Shown: positions 28,962 to 38,670 of the stretch, piece by piece
How positions within the stretch are numbered: position 1 is the stretch's first letter
Layout of the letters: every line of letters starts with the position of its first letter
DNA from: Thermoanaerobaculales bacterium
GTDB lineage: Bacteria; Acidobacteriota; Thermoanaerobaculia; Thermoanaerobaculales; Sulfomarinibacteraceae
Assembly: GCA_021107705.1 (NCBI GenBank)
Contig: JAIOSJ010000289.1
Location: 1 to 60,921 of the forward strand
Direction of reading: 5' to 3'
DNA: 60,921 nucleotides
Made by a program: the position numbers and the translations under genes
Notes under the pieces: model-generated
The model's input: only the letters and a program-made list of their open reading frames with translations
Told to the model about the DNA's origin: nothing
The model's database searches: none

Positions 28962-30566
28962 CTATTCCAGGCTGAACCGCATTGTTAGGACGTAGCTCTC
29001 CTCAATCGCAACTCCGTCGAGAAGAGCCGGCTCGAAGACCCATTGTTCGACCGCCGCAACAGCGGCTTCGGTGAGGCCCAGAGGAAGGCCCCGCACGATC
29101 TTTGTGTCATTCACGCGGCCGTCTTCCCCAATGCCACACATCAGAACAACATTACCTTGAATTCTGGCCAGACGTGCTTCCTCCGGATAGACCGGGTCGG
29201 GTCCGCTCAGTCTCTTGGGTTCGGTCGTGGCAACGTCGATAAAATAACGAAAAACTGTTACCCCGGCATTTTCGGGTCCCGCGTCCGTCAACCCTTGATC
29301 CTTCTTCGCAGCCTTCACATGACCCTCGCCCGGCCGCACAATGAGTCGGTTGCCGTCCATCGAGTACGTCAGACCATTTTCGGTCAACACCTGATGGAGC
29401 ACCTCATCCCACGGTACCCTGTCTGCTGCAATCGACACCTTCACCTTCAATGACGGTTCAGTGAGAATATCGAGCCCGGTGAGGACCGAAAAGGTCGAGA
29501 GAACATCGTCGAGGTCCGCATCCTTGAGATGTAGGGTGATGGGGTCGCCCGAGAATTCGGTGTTGGAGATTGCCTGATCAGAAGGAGCGCCCGCCTCCCG
29601 GGCGGTCAACATCGGGCTCAGACCGAGAACGACAACGGTAGTCAGGATCACAAGCAACCGAGCAGGCAGTCCAAGGGGCAGAAAATTCTTCTTGGCAAAC
29701 ATGGTAACGATTCTCCTTTCGATCAGGGCCGGTCGCCCGAGTCCGCTCGCAGCAACCAAAGGTGAGGGTTCGGGCGTCGTCAAGTGACGAATGGTATGCA
29801 CCAAACCCTGTGCATAGTCTTCGACCTTGGCGGGGAGAGCCTGGGTAACCATGGCGTCGCAACAGGCCTCCTCCGCGTCCCGCAGGAAACGCGATGCGAC
29901 CCAGGTCGTCGGATTCCACCAGAAGACGATTAACGCCAACAATTCAATCCAACGCACTCGATCATCGCCCCGCTTGAGATGAGCCAATTCATGGGCCAGT
30001 ATGGTGTCAAGCTGTCCGTCACTGAGCCTGGTCACCAGGGCTCGGGGCAGAACCAACCGCGGTCGGCCGAGGGCGCTCCACACCAAAGGCGACACCTGTG
30101 CTCCGGTCATCACCACCCTGGGCCGTCTCGAACAGCCCATCGTCTCAGCTATGTGCTCGATTCTCCGATCGAGCGCTGGATCCGCGGGGGTCGCTCGATC
30201 GATCAGGCGCTTGAACCCGCGCAGTCGGATCAGGGTCACAACGAGAACCGTCAGACTGCCCAAAACCCACAGGCCGACGAGAGACCAACCCAAGAAAACG
30301 GTCCAGTCCACTGCCGGAGAGGTGGGCAAGACTTCTCCGGAAACGACAGCAAGGCCGACTGCCTCGACAGTGACCAACGTCGTCTGCGGTACCGGGAGAA
30401 GACCGAAGTCAAAAACGGGCGGCATGAAGAGCCTGATCAGAATGACCAACCACAGGAGGTGCAAAACCGTCGGTCGCTTGAGGCGGAGACTCAGGAGGAC
30501 TACTCCTACTGCCATCGCAACTGCGACCATCGCATTGCTGAGGACCGAGAGGAGGAAGGGGTTCAT
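28962..30566 (-). CDS. BlaR1/MecR1-family M56 metalloprotease sensor with periplasmic STN (secretin N0-like) and TonB C-terminal domains
   Basis: HELAHLKRGD zinc motif in a 4-TM N-terminal half. ITLHLKDADLDDVLSTFSVLTGLDIL...VPWDEVLHQVL resembles the secretin/TonB short N-terminal domain. The last roughly 85 aa are a TonB_C domain. Confidence 0.8.
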   Translation of the reverse strand: MNPFLLSVLSNAMVAVAMAVGVVLLSLRLKRPTVLHLLWLVILIRLFMPPVFDFGLLPVPQTTLVTVEAVGLAVVSGEVLPTSPAVDWTVFLGWSLVGLWVLGSLTVLVVTLIRLRGFKRLIDRATPADPALDRRIEHIAETMGCSRRPRVVMTGAQVSPLVWSALGRPRLVLPRALVTRLSDGQLDTILAHELAHLKRGDDRVRWIELLALIVFWWNPTTWVASRFLRDAEEACCDAMVTQALPAKVEDYAQGLVHTIRHLTTPEPSPLVAASGLGRPALIERRIVTMFAKKNFLPLGLPARLLVILTTVVVLGLSPMLTAREAGAPSDQAISNTEFSGDPITLHLKDADLDDVLSTFSVLTGLDILTEPSLKVKVSIAADRVPWDEVLHQVLTENGLTYSMDGNRLIVRPGEGHVKAAKKDQGLTDAGPENAGVTVFRYFIDVATTEPKRLSGPDPVYPEEARLARIQGNVVLMCGIGEDGRVNDTKIVRGLPLGLTEAAVAAVEQWVFEPALLDGVAIEESYVLTMRFSLE

Positions 30567-30568
30567 CG

Positions 30569-30976
30569 TCAGCCCCCTTCGCCCAAGGTTGAACGCTCAC
30601 GCGACAAACGTTTCACCAGCCGCTCAAGGGCCTCGGCCTCTTCGGGCGTCGGGTCGGACACCCGAACAAGGTGAGACAGGAGGGGCGCCATCGAGCCGTC
30701 GCACAGGGCATCGGCGGTTTCCCGCAACCGCCGAGAGACGAGTTCGGTTCGGCTGATTGTCGCGGTGAAAACGTTGACCCGGCCCTGTTTCTCCCGGCGA
30801 ACGCAGTTCTTCGCCTCCAGCCGGTCGAGAAGGCTCTGAACCGTCGCGTACTCGGAATGCGAACCCGCCGGGTAGAGCTGATCGGTCAGCTCCCGGATGG
30901 TTGAAGGTCCGCTCTTCCACAACAAGCGCAGAAGGGCCAATTCGGTCTCGGAGATATTCTTGGGTTTGAGCGACAC
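30569..30976 (-). CDS. BlaI/MecI/CopY-family transcriptional repressor
   Basis: Winged-helix N-terminus ELALLRLLWKSGPSTIRELTDQL...TVQSLLDRLEAK, about 135 aa, immediately upstream of the M56 sensor gene. Confidence 0.85.
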   Translation of the reverse strand: MSLKPKNISETELALLRLLWKSGPSTIRELTDQLYPAGSHSEYATVQSLLDRLEAKNCVRREKQGRVNVFTATISRTELVSRRLRETADALCDGSMAPLLSHLVRVSDPTPEEAEALERLVKRLSRERSTLGEGG

Positions 30977-31009
30977 GTCGAAACCCCCTCAAGCAATTTG
31001 CCTGAGATT

Positions 31010-31038
31010 AATATAAGGCACGTTGCCTGAGTTGTCAA
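31010..31038 (-). promoter_or_regulatory. candidate sigma70 promoter of the blaI-blaR1-like operon, with overlapping repeats (possible operator)
   Basis: On the minus strand: TTGACA (31038-31033), 17 nt, TATATT (31015-31010). The dyad TGCCT-N12-AGGCA (30999-31020) spans the -10. TTGCCTGAG occurs twice (30998-31006, 31023-31031). Confidence 0.55.
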
Positions 31039-31108
31039 GGGAGAGGGTTGACGGAATATGGAGCCCCGACGTTCTGGAGCGCCTGGGGACGCTCCAGCGT
31101 CGGCAGAC

Positions 31109-32461
31109 TCACTCCGCTTGTGGCGCCCGCAGCTCTCCGACCCAAAGATGCTCGATGTAAAAAACTCGGATCACCTGAGTCTTAAAAAAGGATTGGATCA
31201 GACGCCGGGATCTTTCGGAAGCGGGCGCCCAGTAGTCATCGACCCGGCGAATCCGAGCCATTCTTTCAATCTCTCTTTCGTTGACCAGAATGTGGGTGAC
31301 GCCGAGCCGACGCAGGCGCCGGACCAGGTCCTCGGCCGAGCTTGCGGCTCCAGCCATTTCGACCAGGAGAGGCGCCCGGTACGGATCCTCAACGATCACC
31401 TGTCGCTTGAGCCCGAACGAACGGGCTTCGGCGACCATCAGGACCCGAGCATCGGAGGGGAGAGAGGCCGAGATGAAGTCGGTGGCGGGGGCAACGTCGA
31501 TCCACCGAGCCCGATAGTCCCTGTCGCTGAGGAAGCCGGTAACCGTGGTCAGCCGGTCGATGTTGAGCTTGGACAGGAGTCCGCTGGCATTCCAGGCGAA
31601 GACCAACACCAGGAGGGCCGTGAAAGCGCCTCGCGTCAGGCCGCTGACCTTCCGGCCGAGAGCGGGAGGAACGACGCCGGCCAATGCCGCAGCCGGCACC
31701 AGGACCGGCAGCAGGAACCGCACGTACTGAACCAGAAAACCCCAACAGAGAAAACCGACGAGGGTTGCTGCCCACAACGGGCTGCGAAGGCGGGGTCTGA
31801 GACCGGTGACCATTGCGGCGACGGGTAGGAGAAACAGCCAATGCGGACCGAGGAGACCCTCTTCGTAGCGCGGCGTGAAGGTGCGGCGGACCACAGCACC
31901 GGCCGATGCCGCCAGCGCCCCCACCTTCGAGTGGGGGAGGTCGATGTTGAGGTTTCTCTCGTTGCCGATACTCAATCCCGAAGGAGGGCCCCCGAAAAGG
32001 TCGGTGAGGTATGGGTAGACCGGATTGCCCGTCCATACAAGGTTGCGAGCGATCCAGGGGGCCATCGGTACTGTGGCGCCGACAACCAGGACCAGAAGCA
32101 GGACAACAGCCCGGACCCTGCTCCCAGACCGAAACCTCCACAGCCTCATCACAGCGGCCGCCGCCAGGGGTGTCAAAACGGTCGCTAATGCCAGATACTT
32201 TGATGCGGCGGCCGTGCCTCCCAGGAAGCCCGCCAGTGCCATCATGCGGCACGTCGGCATGCGATCGACCTCGTGGGTCAACGCCACCAGCGCAACGCCT
32301 GCCCATGCGGCTACGGCGTGGTCGGTATTGGCGTAACCAATGGCTTCCAGCGTTGCTGGGGTCAGGGCGTAGCAAGCCGCTGCCCATGGAGCGGCGCCGG
32401 CCCCTCCCAGCCGGCTCTGCCCAGCGTGGCGGCGGCGATGATGGCAACTGCCGCCATCCAC
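31109..32461 (-). CDS. membrane protein, C-terminal part of an apparently frame-split large glycosyltransferase-like gene
   Basis: Multi-TM ORF with a soluble C-terminal domain. Its first roughly 33 codons overlap the end of ORF 32362..33036 in another frame. Confidence 0.6.
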   Translation of the reverse strand: MDGGSCHHRRRHAGQSRLGGAGAAPWAAACYALTPATLEAIGYANTDHAVAAWAGVALVALTHEVDRMPTCRMMALAGFLGGTAAASKYLALATVLTPLAAAAVMRLWRFRSGSRVRAVVLLLVLVVGATVPMAPWIARNLVWTGNPVYPYLTDLFGGPPSGLSIGNERNLNIDLPHSKVGALAASAGAVVRRTFTPRYEEGLLGPHWLFLLPVAAMVTGLRPRLRSPLWAATLVGFLCWGFLVQYVRFLLPVLVPAAALAGVVPPALGRKVSGLTRGAFTALLVLVFAWNASGLLSKLNIDRLTTVTGFLSDRDYRARWIDVAPATDFISASLPSDARVLMVAEARSFGLKRQVIVEDPYRAPLLVEMAGAASSAEDLVRRLRRLGVTHILVNEREIERMARIRRVDDYWAPASERSRRLIQSFFKTQVIRVFYIEHLWVGELRAPQAE

Positions 32462-33015
32462 CAGCTGATGGCGTTTGCACCCCAGGGACCCACCGTCGAC
32501 AGGGCAAAGGTGAAGAGGATGCCATGTGCCGAAAAGTAGTAGGAAAAGGATTCACGGGCGAACTCGACGAAACCGCCGGCCATCAGCCACTGTTCCGGGA
32601 AGGCTAAGTGGTAGTGAAGGACATCGTACATCACCGGCGGGGTGGTCAGCAGGAGGAGGGTGGCGCCGACGGGCATCATCAGGGCGCCCCCGAGTGGTGA
32701 CACCAGACCCTCGGGCAGAATTTCGATCTGCCGGCGAAAGCGTCTCAGGACAAACAATCCGCCCAGAGCCGAGATGGCCTGCAAGCCGATCAGGAGGGGG
32801 CCGAACAGGAGGTGAGTCAGAGCCAAGCCGGTCCCGACCAGCGCCAACACCGCCGCCCCCGTCGCAACGATCAAAACCAGAGGTGTGCGGGCGCCGTTAG
32901 AATTTTTCGACAGCGTGGCAACCACCGGCCATCCGGCGCCGGTGCAGGCGAGGGTCCAAATGCTGAGCCAGAACGCGGGAAGGGCGACGGCCCGGATGAT
33001 GACATCGAGCGTCAT
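32362..33015 (-). CDS. membrane protein, N-terminal part of the same frame-split gene
   Basis: Six to seven TM helices, start taken at MTLDVII. It ends at a TGA 100 nt inside the downstream ORF. Confidence 0.55.
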   Translation of the reverse strand: MTLDVIIRAVALPAFWLSIWTLACTGAGWPVVATLSKNSNGARTPLVLIVATGAAVLALVGTGLALTHLLFGPLLIGLQAISALGGLFVLRRFRRQIEILPEGLVSPLGGALMMPVGATLLLLTTPPVMYDVLHYHLAFPEQWLMAGGFVEFARESFSYYFSAHGILFTFALSTVGPWGANAISWWMAAVAIIAAATLGRAGWEGPAPLHGQRLATP

Positions 33016-33144
33016 GACGTCTCTCGACTCAACCACAGAACCACGACCGCCAGCAGGGTGGCGGCGGCGGCAACGGATTGCGTGACCGTCGGTGTGATCT
33101 GTCCACGAGCCATGGCCCGAGTATAGCGGGGCGCCGACAGTTAA

Positions 33145-34446
33145 CTAGTACAGCGGAAAACCTGCCGTCAGCGCATGCACCTCGGCCTTGACGGCTTCCA
33201 TCTCGGCGTGGAAGGCATCGAGCTTGGCCTGATTATCCTTGTCCTCATCGGCTCTGAGGACTCGGTCGATCAGGGTGGCGATTGTTTCCATCTCGGCGAC
33301 GCCCATGCCCCTTGAGGTGATGGCCGGGGTGCCGATGCGCAGGCCCGAAGCGATGTAGGGCTTGCGGGTGTCGAAGGGAACGGTGTTCTTGTTGACGGTG
33401 ATGTCCGCCAGACCCAGCCACCTTTCTGCCTTCTTGCCCGAAATGAAGTCGGTCCCCAAATCGATCAGGAAGAGGTGGTTGTCGGTGCCACCGGAAACAA
33501 TGCGCCAGCCCTTGGTCTTCATTGCCGTGCACAGTGCGGCCGAGTTTTCGATGACCTTTTGCTGGTATGTCTTCCATTCCGGTTCGAGCGCTTCGGCAAA
33601 GGCCACCGCCTTGGCGGCGATGACGTGCATCAACGGCCCACCCTGCACGCCCGGAAAGACCGCCTTGTCGATCGCCGCCGCCCACTCCTCGGTGCACAAG
33701 ATCATGCCGCCGCGAGGACCGCGCAGGGTCTTGTGGGTCGTCGTGGTAACGAATTGGCAGTGGGGTACCGGCGAAGGATGGAGGCCCGTGGCCACCAGGC
33801 CGGCGATGTGGGCGATGTCGGCCATCAAGAGCGAGCCCGCCTCGTCGGCGATCGCCCGCATCCGCTCAAAGTCAATCGTACGGGGGTAGGCCGAGGCGCC
33901 ACACACAATCAGGCGAGGCCTGTGTTCGAGGGCGAGTTCCTGCACGGCGTCATAGTCAATCGTTTCGGTGTCCTTACGCACTCCATAGGCAACGACGTTG
34001 TATTCCATCCCGGAAAAATTCAGTGGGTGTCCGTGTGTGAGATGACCTCCGTGGGTCAAGTCCATGCCGAGCAGGGTGTCACCTGGCTTCATCACCGCTA
34101 GGTAAACGCCCATGTTGGCCTGGGCGCCGGAGTGAGGCTGGACGTTGGCGTGGTCGGCGCCGAAGAGTTCCTTGGCCCGGTCACGAGCGAGGTCTTCGGC
34201 AACATCGACGTGTTGACACCCACCGTAGTAACGTTTGGCTGGATAGCCTTCGGCATATTTGTTGGTCATGACCGAGCCCATGGCCGCCATCACGCCGGGT
34301 GTTACGAAATTTTCGGAAGCGATCAGCTCGAGACCCTCGTTCTGACGCGTGCGCTCGGCTTCGAGAGCCGCAGCGACTTCAGGGTCGGAGAGCGCAACGA
34401 AAATATCGTGCATTCTAAAAAAGTCGTGCCTGTTGAATTCGGTCAT
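33145..34446 (-). CDS. glyA: serine hydroxymethyltransferase
   Basis: [23 protein letters not shown] and the PLP site [14 protein letters not shown]. Confidence 0.95.
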   Translation of the reverse strand: MTEFNRHDFFRMHDIFVALSDPEVAAALEAERTRQNEGLELIASENFVTPGVMAAMGSVMTNKYAEGYPAKRYYGGCQHVDVAEDLARDRAKELFGADHANVQPHSGAQANMGVYLAVMKPGDTLLGMDLTHGGHLTHGHPLNFSGMEYNVVAYGVRKDTETIDYDAVQELALEHRPRLIVCGASAYPRTIDFERMRAIADEAGSLLMADIAHIAGLVATGLHPSPVPHCQFVTTTTHKTLRGPRGGMILCTEEWAAAIDKAVFPGVQGGPLMHVIAAKAVAFAEALEPEWKTYQQKVIENSAALCTAMKTKGWRIVSGGTDNHLFLIDLGTDFISGKKAERWLGLADITVNKNTVPFDTRKPYIASGLRIGTPAITSRGMGVAEMETIATLIDRVLRADEDKDNQAKLDAFHAEMEAVKAEVHALTAGFPLY

Positions 34447-34488
34447 TCTGTCCCCCTTGGGTCGAGCCGCACGCAACGGCTCAGTTGT

Positions 34489-34914
34489 TCAGATTTCGAT
34501 TTTATCGACTCGCCGCTGATGACGGCCACCCTCGAATGCAGTCTTGAGAAAAACGGAGGCAATCTGTTCAGCCACGCCCAAGCCGAGGACCCGAGACCCC
34601 ATGCACAAGATGTTGGCATCGTTGTGGCGCCGGGCCATTTCGGCGGTGTAGGCGTCGTGGCATAGGGCCGCCCGGACTCCCGGATGTCTATTTGCCGTGA
34701 TACTCATTCCGAGACCGGTGCCACAGATGAGAATTCCTCTGTCAGCCTGTCCGTGGGCAATCTTCTCCGCCAATTCATGAGCGAAATCCGGGTAGTCGAC
34801 CGATCGTCCGTCCTCGACCCCGAGGTCCTGGACGTCAAAACCGAGCGTTACGACGTGTTCGGCGATACTTCGGCGAAGGTTTACGGCGGCATGATCTGAA
34901 GCGAGCAGAATCAT
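34489..34914 (-). CDS. rpiB: ribose-5-phosphate isomerase B
   Basis: LASDHAA, GILICGTGLGMSITANR and RHNDANILCMG motifs. Confidence 0.9.
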   Translation of the reverse strand: MILLASDHAAVNLRRSIAEHVVTLGFDVQDLGVEDGRSVDYPDFAHELAEKIAHGQADRGILICGTGLGMSITANRHPGVRAALCHDAYTAEMARRHNDANILCMGSRVLGLGVAEQIASVFLKTAFEGGRHQRRVDKIEI

Positions 34915-36260
34915 CGAAGGTCTCCCGTAAGGCTCTGGTCAAGTCCAGGTTGTTCGAGGGACCGGTACTCTTCAAGGGCGTAGCGATCGCTCATTCCCGC
35001 GAGGTGGTCGGTTACCAGCCGGACAAATCCCGGAGAGGTATGGTAACGACCACGGACCTCCTCCGCAACCCGGCCGAAGGCGACCTCGCGAAGGTAGGGA
35101 AAACCGAGTTCTTCTCGTGCCCGCAAGAGAACATAGGTGGGCAGATTCAAGGGGCTGATCCAGAAGGCCCTGAAGAGTCCGACCATGACCTTGTGCGCTC
35201 GCCAGTCCTGCCTGTTCACTCGGGGGTGGTTGATGATGCCCTCGTAAATGAAGTTCTTCAAACCTTCAAATAAGGGTTGAACCCCGGGGGAAAACCAGAT
35301 GGCTGTACGGGGAAGATAAGAACTCACCGCCAAGAACTCCTCACGGTTTTTGAATTGATGGAGGCCGGCAAGTTGCCTCAGCCCGTCGGCCGCTTGCTGA
35401 ATGACATCGGTAACGAAGAGCTGAATGATGCCTCGAATGAGAATGTTCTGGCGTATCCAACGCCGCTCTTGGGTCTCGTAGATGTTCTTGTGTGCGCCAA
35501 TCACGCGGCGCGCCACATCGAGTTCCTCGACAGACGACAGCTGCACCGACTTGACGCGCAGGCCATCCTCCAGATCATGGGTCTGCTGAGCGATTTCGTC
35601 GGCCACGGCAACGACCTGACCCTCGAGGTGACAGGGAAGATCCAGTCGCAGACCCTCTTCGCGGGAAAGGGGAAAATCATAATCGACCCTCCAACCGGTG
35701 TGCTTGAGAATGCCCTCTCGGACCTGGTCGGTCAGATCCAATCCTGGCTTTTCATACCGTCGCTCGAGCAAGTCCACCACCCGCAGGCTCTGGTAATTGT
35801 GTTTGAATGTTCCCACTTGGGCAACCACCTCCGGCGGCAGTGGAACCTCTTCGACTTCCCCGGATAGAACCTTCCGCAGCACCCCTTCGCCGGTGTGGCC
35901 GAACGCGGTGTGGCCGAGGTCATGACCCAGGGCAATCGCTTCAACGAGATCTTCATTGAGAGCCAGGGCTCGAGCGATGGTGCGCGCCAGCTGTGCCACC
36001 TCAAGGGTGTGGGTGAGGCGGGTTCGGGGATGATCGGCGAGATGGGGAACAAAGACCTGGGTCTTGTGTTTGAGCCGTCTGAAGGCCCTGGAATGGAGAA
36101 TTCGGTCCCTATCGCGTTGAAAAGCGGGCCGCAGATCATCGTCGGTGTGCACTTCTGACCTTCTCGAACTTTCGGTGGAGAACATTCCCCAGGGCGCAAG
36201 GCGACCGACTTCACCCGCTTCGAGTTCTTTTCGCCCGTGAATCTTGAATTCATCCCACAT
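34911..36260 (-). CDS. dgt: dGTPase-like deoxynucleoside triphosphate triphosphohydrolase (HD domain)
   Basis: FQRDRDRILHSRAFRRLKHKTQVF, RLTHTLEVAQLAR and GHDLGHTAFGH. Tandem ATG at 36263/36260 overlaps the folC stop. Confidence 0.85.
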   Translation of the reverse strand: MWDEFKIHGRKELEAGEVGRLAPWGMFSTESSRRSEVHTDDDLRPAFQRDRDRILHSRAFRRLKHKTQVFVPHLADHPRTRLTHTLEVAQLARTIARALALNEDLVEAIALGHDLGHTAFGHTGEGVLRKVLSGEVEEVPLPPEVVAQVGTFKHNYQSLRVVDLLERRYEKPGLDLTDQVREGILKHTGWRVDYDFPLSREEGLRLDLPCHLEGQVVAVADEIAQQTHDLEDGLRVKSVQLSSVEELDVARRVIGAHKNIYETQERRWIRQNILIRGIIQLFVTDVIQQAADGLRQLAGLHQFKNREEFLAVSSYLPRTAIWFSPGVQPLFEGLKNFIYEGIINHPRVNRQDWRAHKVMVGLFRAFWISPLNLPTYVLLRAREELGFPYLREVAFGRVAEEVRGRYHTSPGFVRLVTDHLAGMSDRYALEEYRSLEQPGLDQSLTGDLR

Positions 36261-37501
36261 CATGACCTCCCGAGATCCGGGCCGGCGGCGCCTTCCTCCA
36301 GCAACATCCCGACGACCCTTAGACTGCCCGCCGCAACGACCGGATCTCTCAGCAAGGCGAGGGCCTCCCACGGACTCTGCGCACACAAACTTGAAGGAAA
36401 GGCTTCGGAGAGCCGCTCGAGCGGCATGGCGCGTTCGTCATCCAGGGGGAAGACCGCCACCTCCCCGACGACGGGTCCGAGTACCCTGGCCATCGCGGCA
36501 ACCGGCTTGTCTTCAAGACAGGAAAACAAAAGGTTGTACGTCCCGGGGAGATCCCGAAGGTGTGTTGCCAGGGCTTCGGCCGCTTCCAGGTTGTGAGCTC
36601 CGTCGAGTAACACCGTTCGCCCTTCGACCTCGGTCGAGGAGAATCGGCCCGGCCAGTGAACCTCGGCGAGGCCGCGCCTGACATCCTCCCCATTCAACTC
36701 CCCTTCCCACCCCTCTTGCAATTCAACCAGGGCCAGAGCCAGGGCGAGGTGCAGATTGTCTCTCTGATGTCTTCCCTCCAGCGGCAAAGACAGGCCACAC
36801 CAGTCACTGCCATCCCAACGGGCTCGCATAGACCGTGAATGATCCCCGCTTTCCAGCTCGATGATTTCGGCCGCGAAACGGGCCTCCGGCGCAAGCAAAT
36901 CGGCCACCACGGCTGGGTTCACACCGGGCCCCAGGATGGCTGATGAAGCCGCCGCCAACGCAGCACCTTTGTCTGAGGCCACTTCGGACGGAGTCTCGCC
37001 GAGCCACTTTCGGTGGTCGCTGCCGATATTCGTCAGGCCGGCGACCCGACTTCCGGCAAGACGAGTTGCATCCCAGCGCCCACCCATACCGGCCTCCAGC
37101 ACCACCACATCAACTCCACTCTCGGCAAAACACAGAAAGGCTGCTGCGGTTAGGGTTTCGAAGAAGGTGAGGTCGGGGAAGCCGTCCAAGCGCCCCAGAA
37201 TCTCGGCCAGCGTGTCGTCGCTGACGGGTGCTCCGCTGCTGCGTATTCTCTCGTTGACTCGCACGAGATGGGGCGAGGTGTAGAGGCCGGTCTTCAGTCC
37301 CGATGCGGCCAGAATGCGCTCCAAAATAACAGCCGTGGAACCTTTGCCGTTGGTGCCCACCACCAGGACCGAGCGGAATAACTCCTGCGGTTTCCCGAGT
37401 TGATTTAGGGCCACCGTCAAACCATCGAGGCTCGGTCGGATTCGCCCCGGGCCCCGGCGCTGGAGCCTTTCACGCAGGGTCAGCGAAAGTACCCCAGGCA
37501 T
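36260..37501 (-). CDS. folC: bifunctional folylpolyglutamate synthase / dihydrofolate synthase
   Basis: Mur-ligase P-loop VVGTNGKGST, YTSPHLVRVNERI and LLDGAHN motifs. Confidence 0.9.
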   Translation of the reverse strand: MPGVLSLTLRERLQRRGPGRIRPSLDGLTVALNQLGKPQELFRSVLVVGTNGKGSTAVILERILAASGLKTGLYTSPHLVRVNERIRSSGAPVSDDTLAEILGRLDGFPDLTFFETLTAAAFLCFAESGVDVVVLEAGMGGRWDATRLAGSRVAGLTNIGSDHRKWLGETPSEVASDKGAALAAASSAILGPGVNPAVVADLLAPEARFAAEIIELESGDHSRSMRARWDGSDWCGLSLPLEGRHQRDNLHLALALALVELQEGWEGELNGEDVRRGLAEVHWPGRFSSTEVEGRTVLLDGAHNLEAAEALATHLRDLPGTYNLLFSCLEDKPVAAMARVLGPVVGEVAVFPLDDERAMPLERLSEAFPSSLCAQSPWEALALLRDPVVAAGSLRVVGMLLEEGAAGPDLGRS

Positions 37502-38280
37502 GTGGCGAGCGTCTCCTTCAGCTCGTGCCTATGGACCACAAGGTCAAGCATGCCGTGTTCAAGAAGAAATTCGGAACGCTGGAAGCCCGCAGGAAGGGTC
37601 TGCCGAATGGTTTGCTCGATCACCCGCGGTCCGGCAAACCCGATCAGGGCCCCGGGTTCGGCAATGTTCAGATTGCCGAGCATGGCAAAGCTCGCCGTGA
37701 CCCCGCCAGTCGTGGGATCCGTCAGCACTGAAATATAGGGCAGCTGTTTCTCGCGCATTCGGGCCAGGGCCGCCGACACCTTTCCCATCTGCATCAGAGA
37801 CAGAATGCCCTCCTGCATGCGGGCCCCCCCAGAACATGAGACGATCACCAGTGGAAAACGTCGGTCCAAACACCTCTCGGCAGCGAGGGCAAGTTTCTCG
37901 CCCACGACGGATCCCATGGAACCACCCATGAAACCGTATTCCATCGCGGCAATGACCGTCGGACCCCGGTCGATTTCTCCCTGTCCAACGAGAAGGGCAT
38001 CCTGAGGACCGATTCTTTTCTGATACGTCTTGAGCCGGTCGGAGTAGGCTTTCGAATCCACAAACCCAAGCGGGTCCGTCGAGCGAACTCGGTTGAACAG
38101 GACTTTATACCGATCACCGTCAAAAAGGGACGCCAAACGCTGACTCGCGGTCAAGCGGAAATGGTGGTCGCACTTGGGGCAGACATGGAGATTGTCGGCG
38201 GCCTCCTTGTGGTAAAGAATGGCCCCACACGAGTCACATTTGATCCACAGGCCCCGGGGAACCCCTTGTCCCTTCTTCAT
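37480..38280 (-). CDS. accD: acetyl-CoA carboxylase carboxyltransferase beta subunit (start uncertain)
   Basis: Zinc ribbon CDSCGAILY...CPKCDHHFR, GGSMGSVVGE, GGARMQEG and PTTGGVTASFA. ATG at 38280 after GGAG. A GTG at 38343 would give a more typical N-terminal length. Confidence 0.9.
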   Translation of the reverse strand: MKKGQGVPRGLWIKCDSCGAILYHKEAADNLHVCPKCDHHFRLTASQRLASLFDGDRYKVLFNRVRSTDPLGFVDSKAYSDRLKTYQKRIGPQDALLVGQGEIDRGPTVIAAMEYGFMGGSMGSVVGEKLALAAERCLDRRFPLVIVSCSGGARMQEGILSLMQMGKVSAALARMREKQLPYISVLTDPTTGGVTASFAMLGNLNIAEPGALIGFAGPRVIEQTIRQTLPAGFQRSEFLLEHGMLDLVVHRHELKETLATCLGYFR

Positions 38281-38378
38281 TGAACGCTCCAGTTCACTCC
38301 CGTCATCGAATGGGCTCAAGCCCGATCTCTTGACATCAATCACCAAGACTTCACTTTTGTGTCGGCATTTCCACAAAG

Positions 38379-38405
38379 GCAAACCCCGGCCGAACCGGGG
38401 TTTGC
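38379..38405 (-). terminator. hairpin downstream of the small coiled-coil gene (probable intrinsic terminator)
   Basis: 11-bp stem GCAAACCCCGG/CCGGGGTTTGC with a 5-nt loop. On the minus strand it is followed by CTTTGTGG, a modest U-tract. Confidence 0.55.
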
Positions 38406-38424
38406 TTGCGAGAAATCGCCGTCA

Positions 38425-38649
38425 TCAGCCCTGAGAACTTTCCTCTTCAAGATCGTTCGGGATCCCAAGCCGCAGGCAGGCCGCGTCATACATCTGGCGG
38501 GCGGCCTTTTGCGCGCCTTGAAGATCAGCGATCTTCTGCTTGACCGCAGCGAGCTCATCCTGGATCTCGGATTCGAGTTCTGCGATCTCGGTCTTGGTCT
38601 GGTTCATCGCTTCTTCGTAAAATTTTCTCTGGGTGTCGGAAAGGGTCAT
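38425..38649 (-). CDS. small (74 aa) coiled-coil protein, function unknown
   Basis: Strong SD GGAGGAGACA-ATG. Heptad-like TKTEIAELESEIQDELAAVKQKIADLQ. It starts 21 nt after the kinase gene stop. Confidence 0.7.
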   Translation of the reverse strand: MTLSDTQRKFYEEAMNQTKTEIAELESEIQDELAAVKQKIADLQGAQKAARQMYDAACLRLGIPNDLEEESSQG

Positions 38650-38670
38650 TGTCTCCTCCTCATAAATTGA

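Noticed and set aside
33012-33113. 33-codon ORF (MARGQITPTVTQSVAAAATLLAVVVLWLSRETS) whose TGA overlaps the ATG of the downstream membrane-protein gene (ATGA).
   Set aside because: It is attractive as a coupled small TM peptide. However, there is no Shine-Dalgarno sequence upstream, it is too short to evaluate by composition, and no recognisable family is evident. It is left unannotated.
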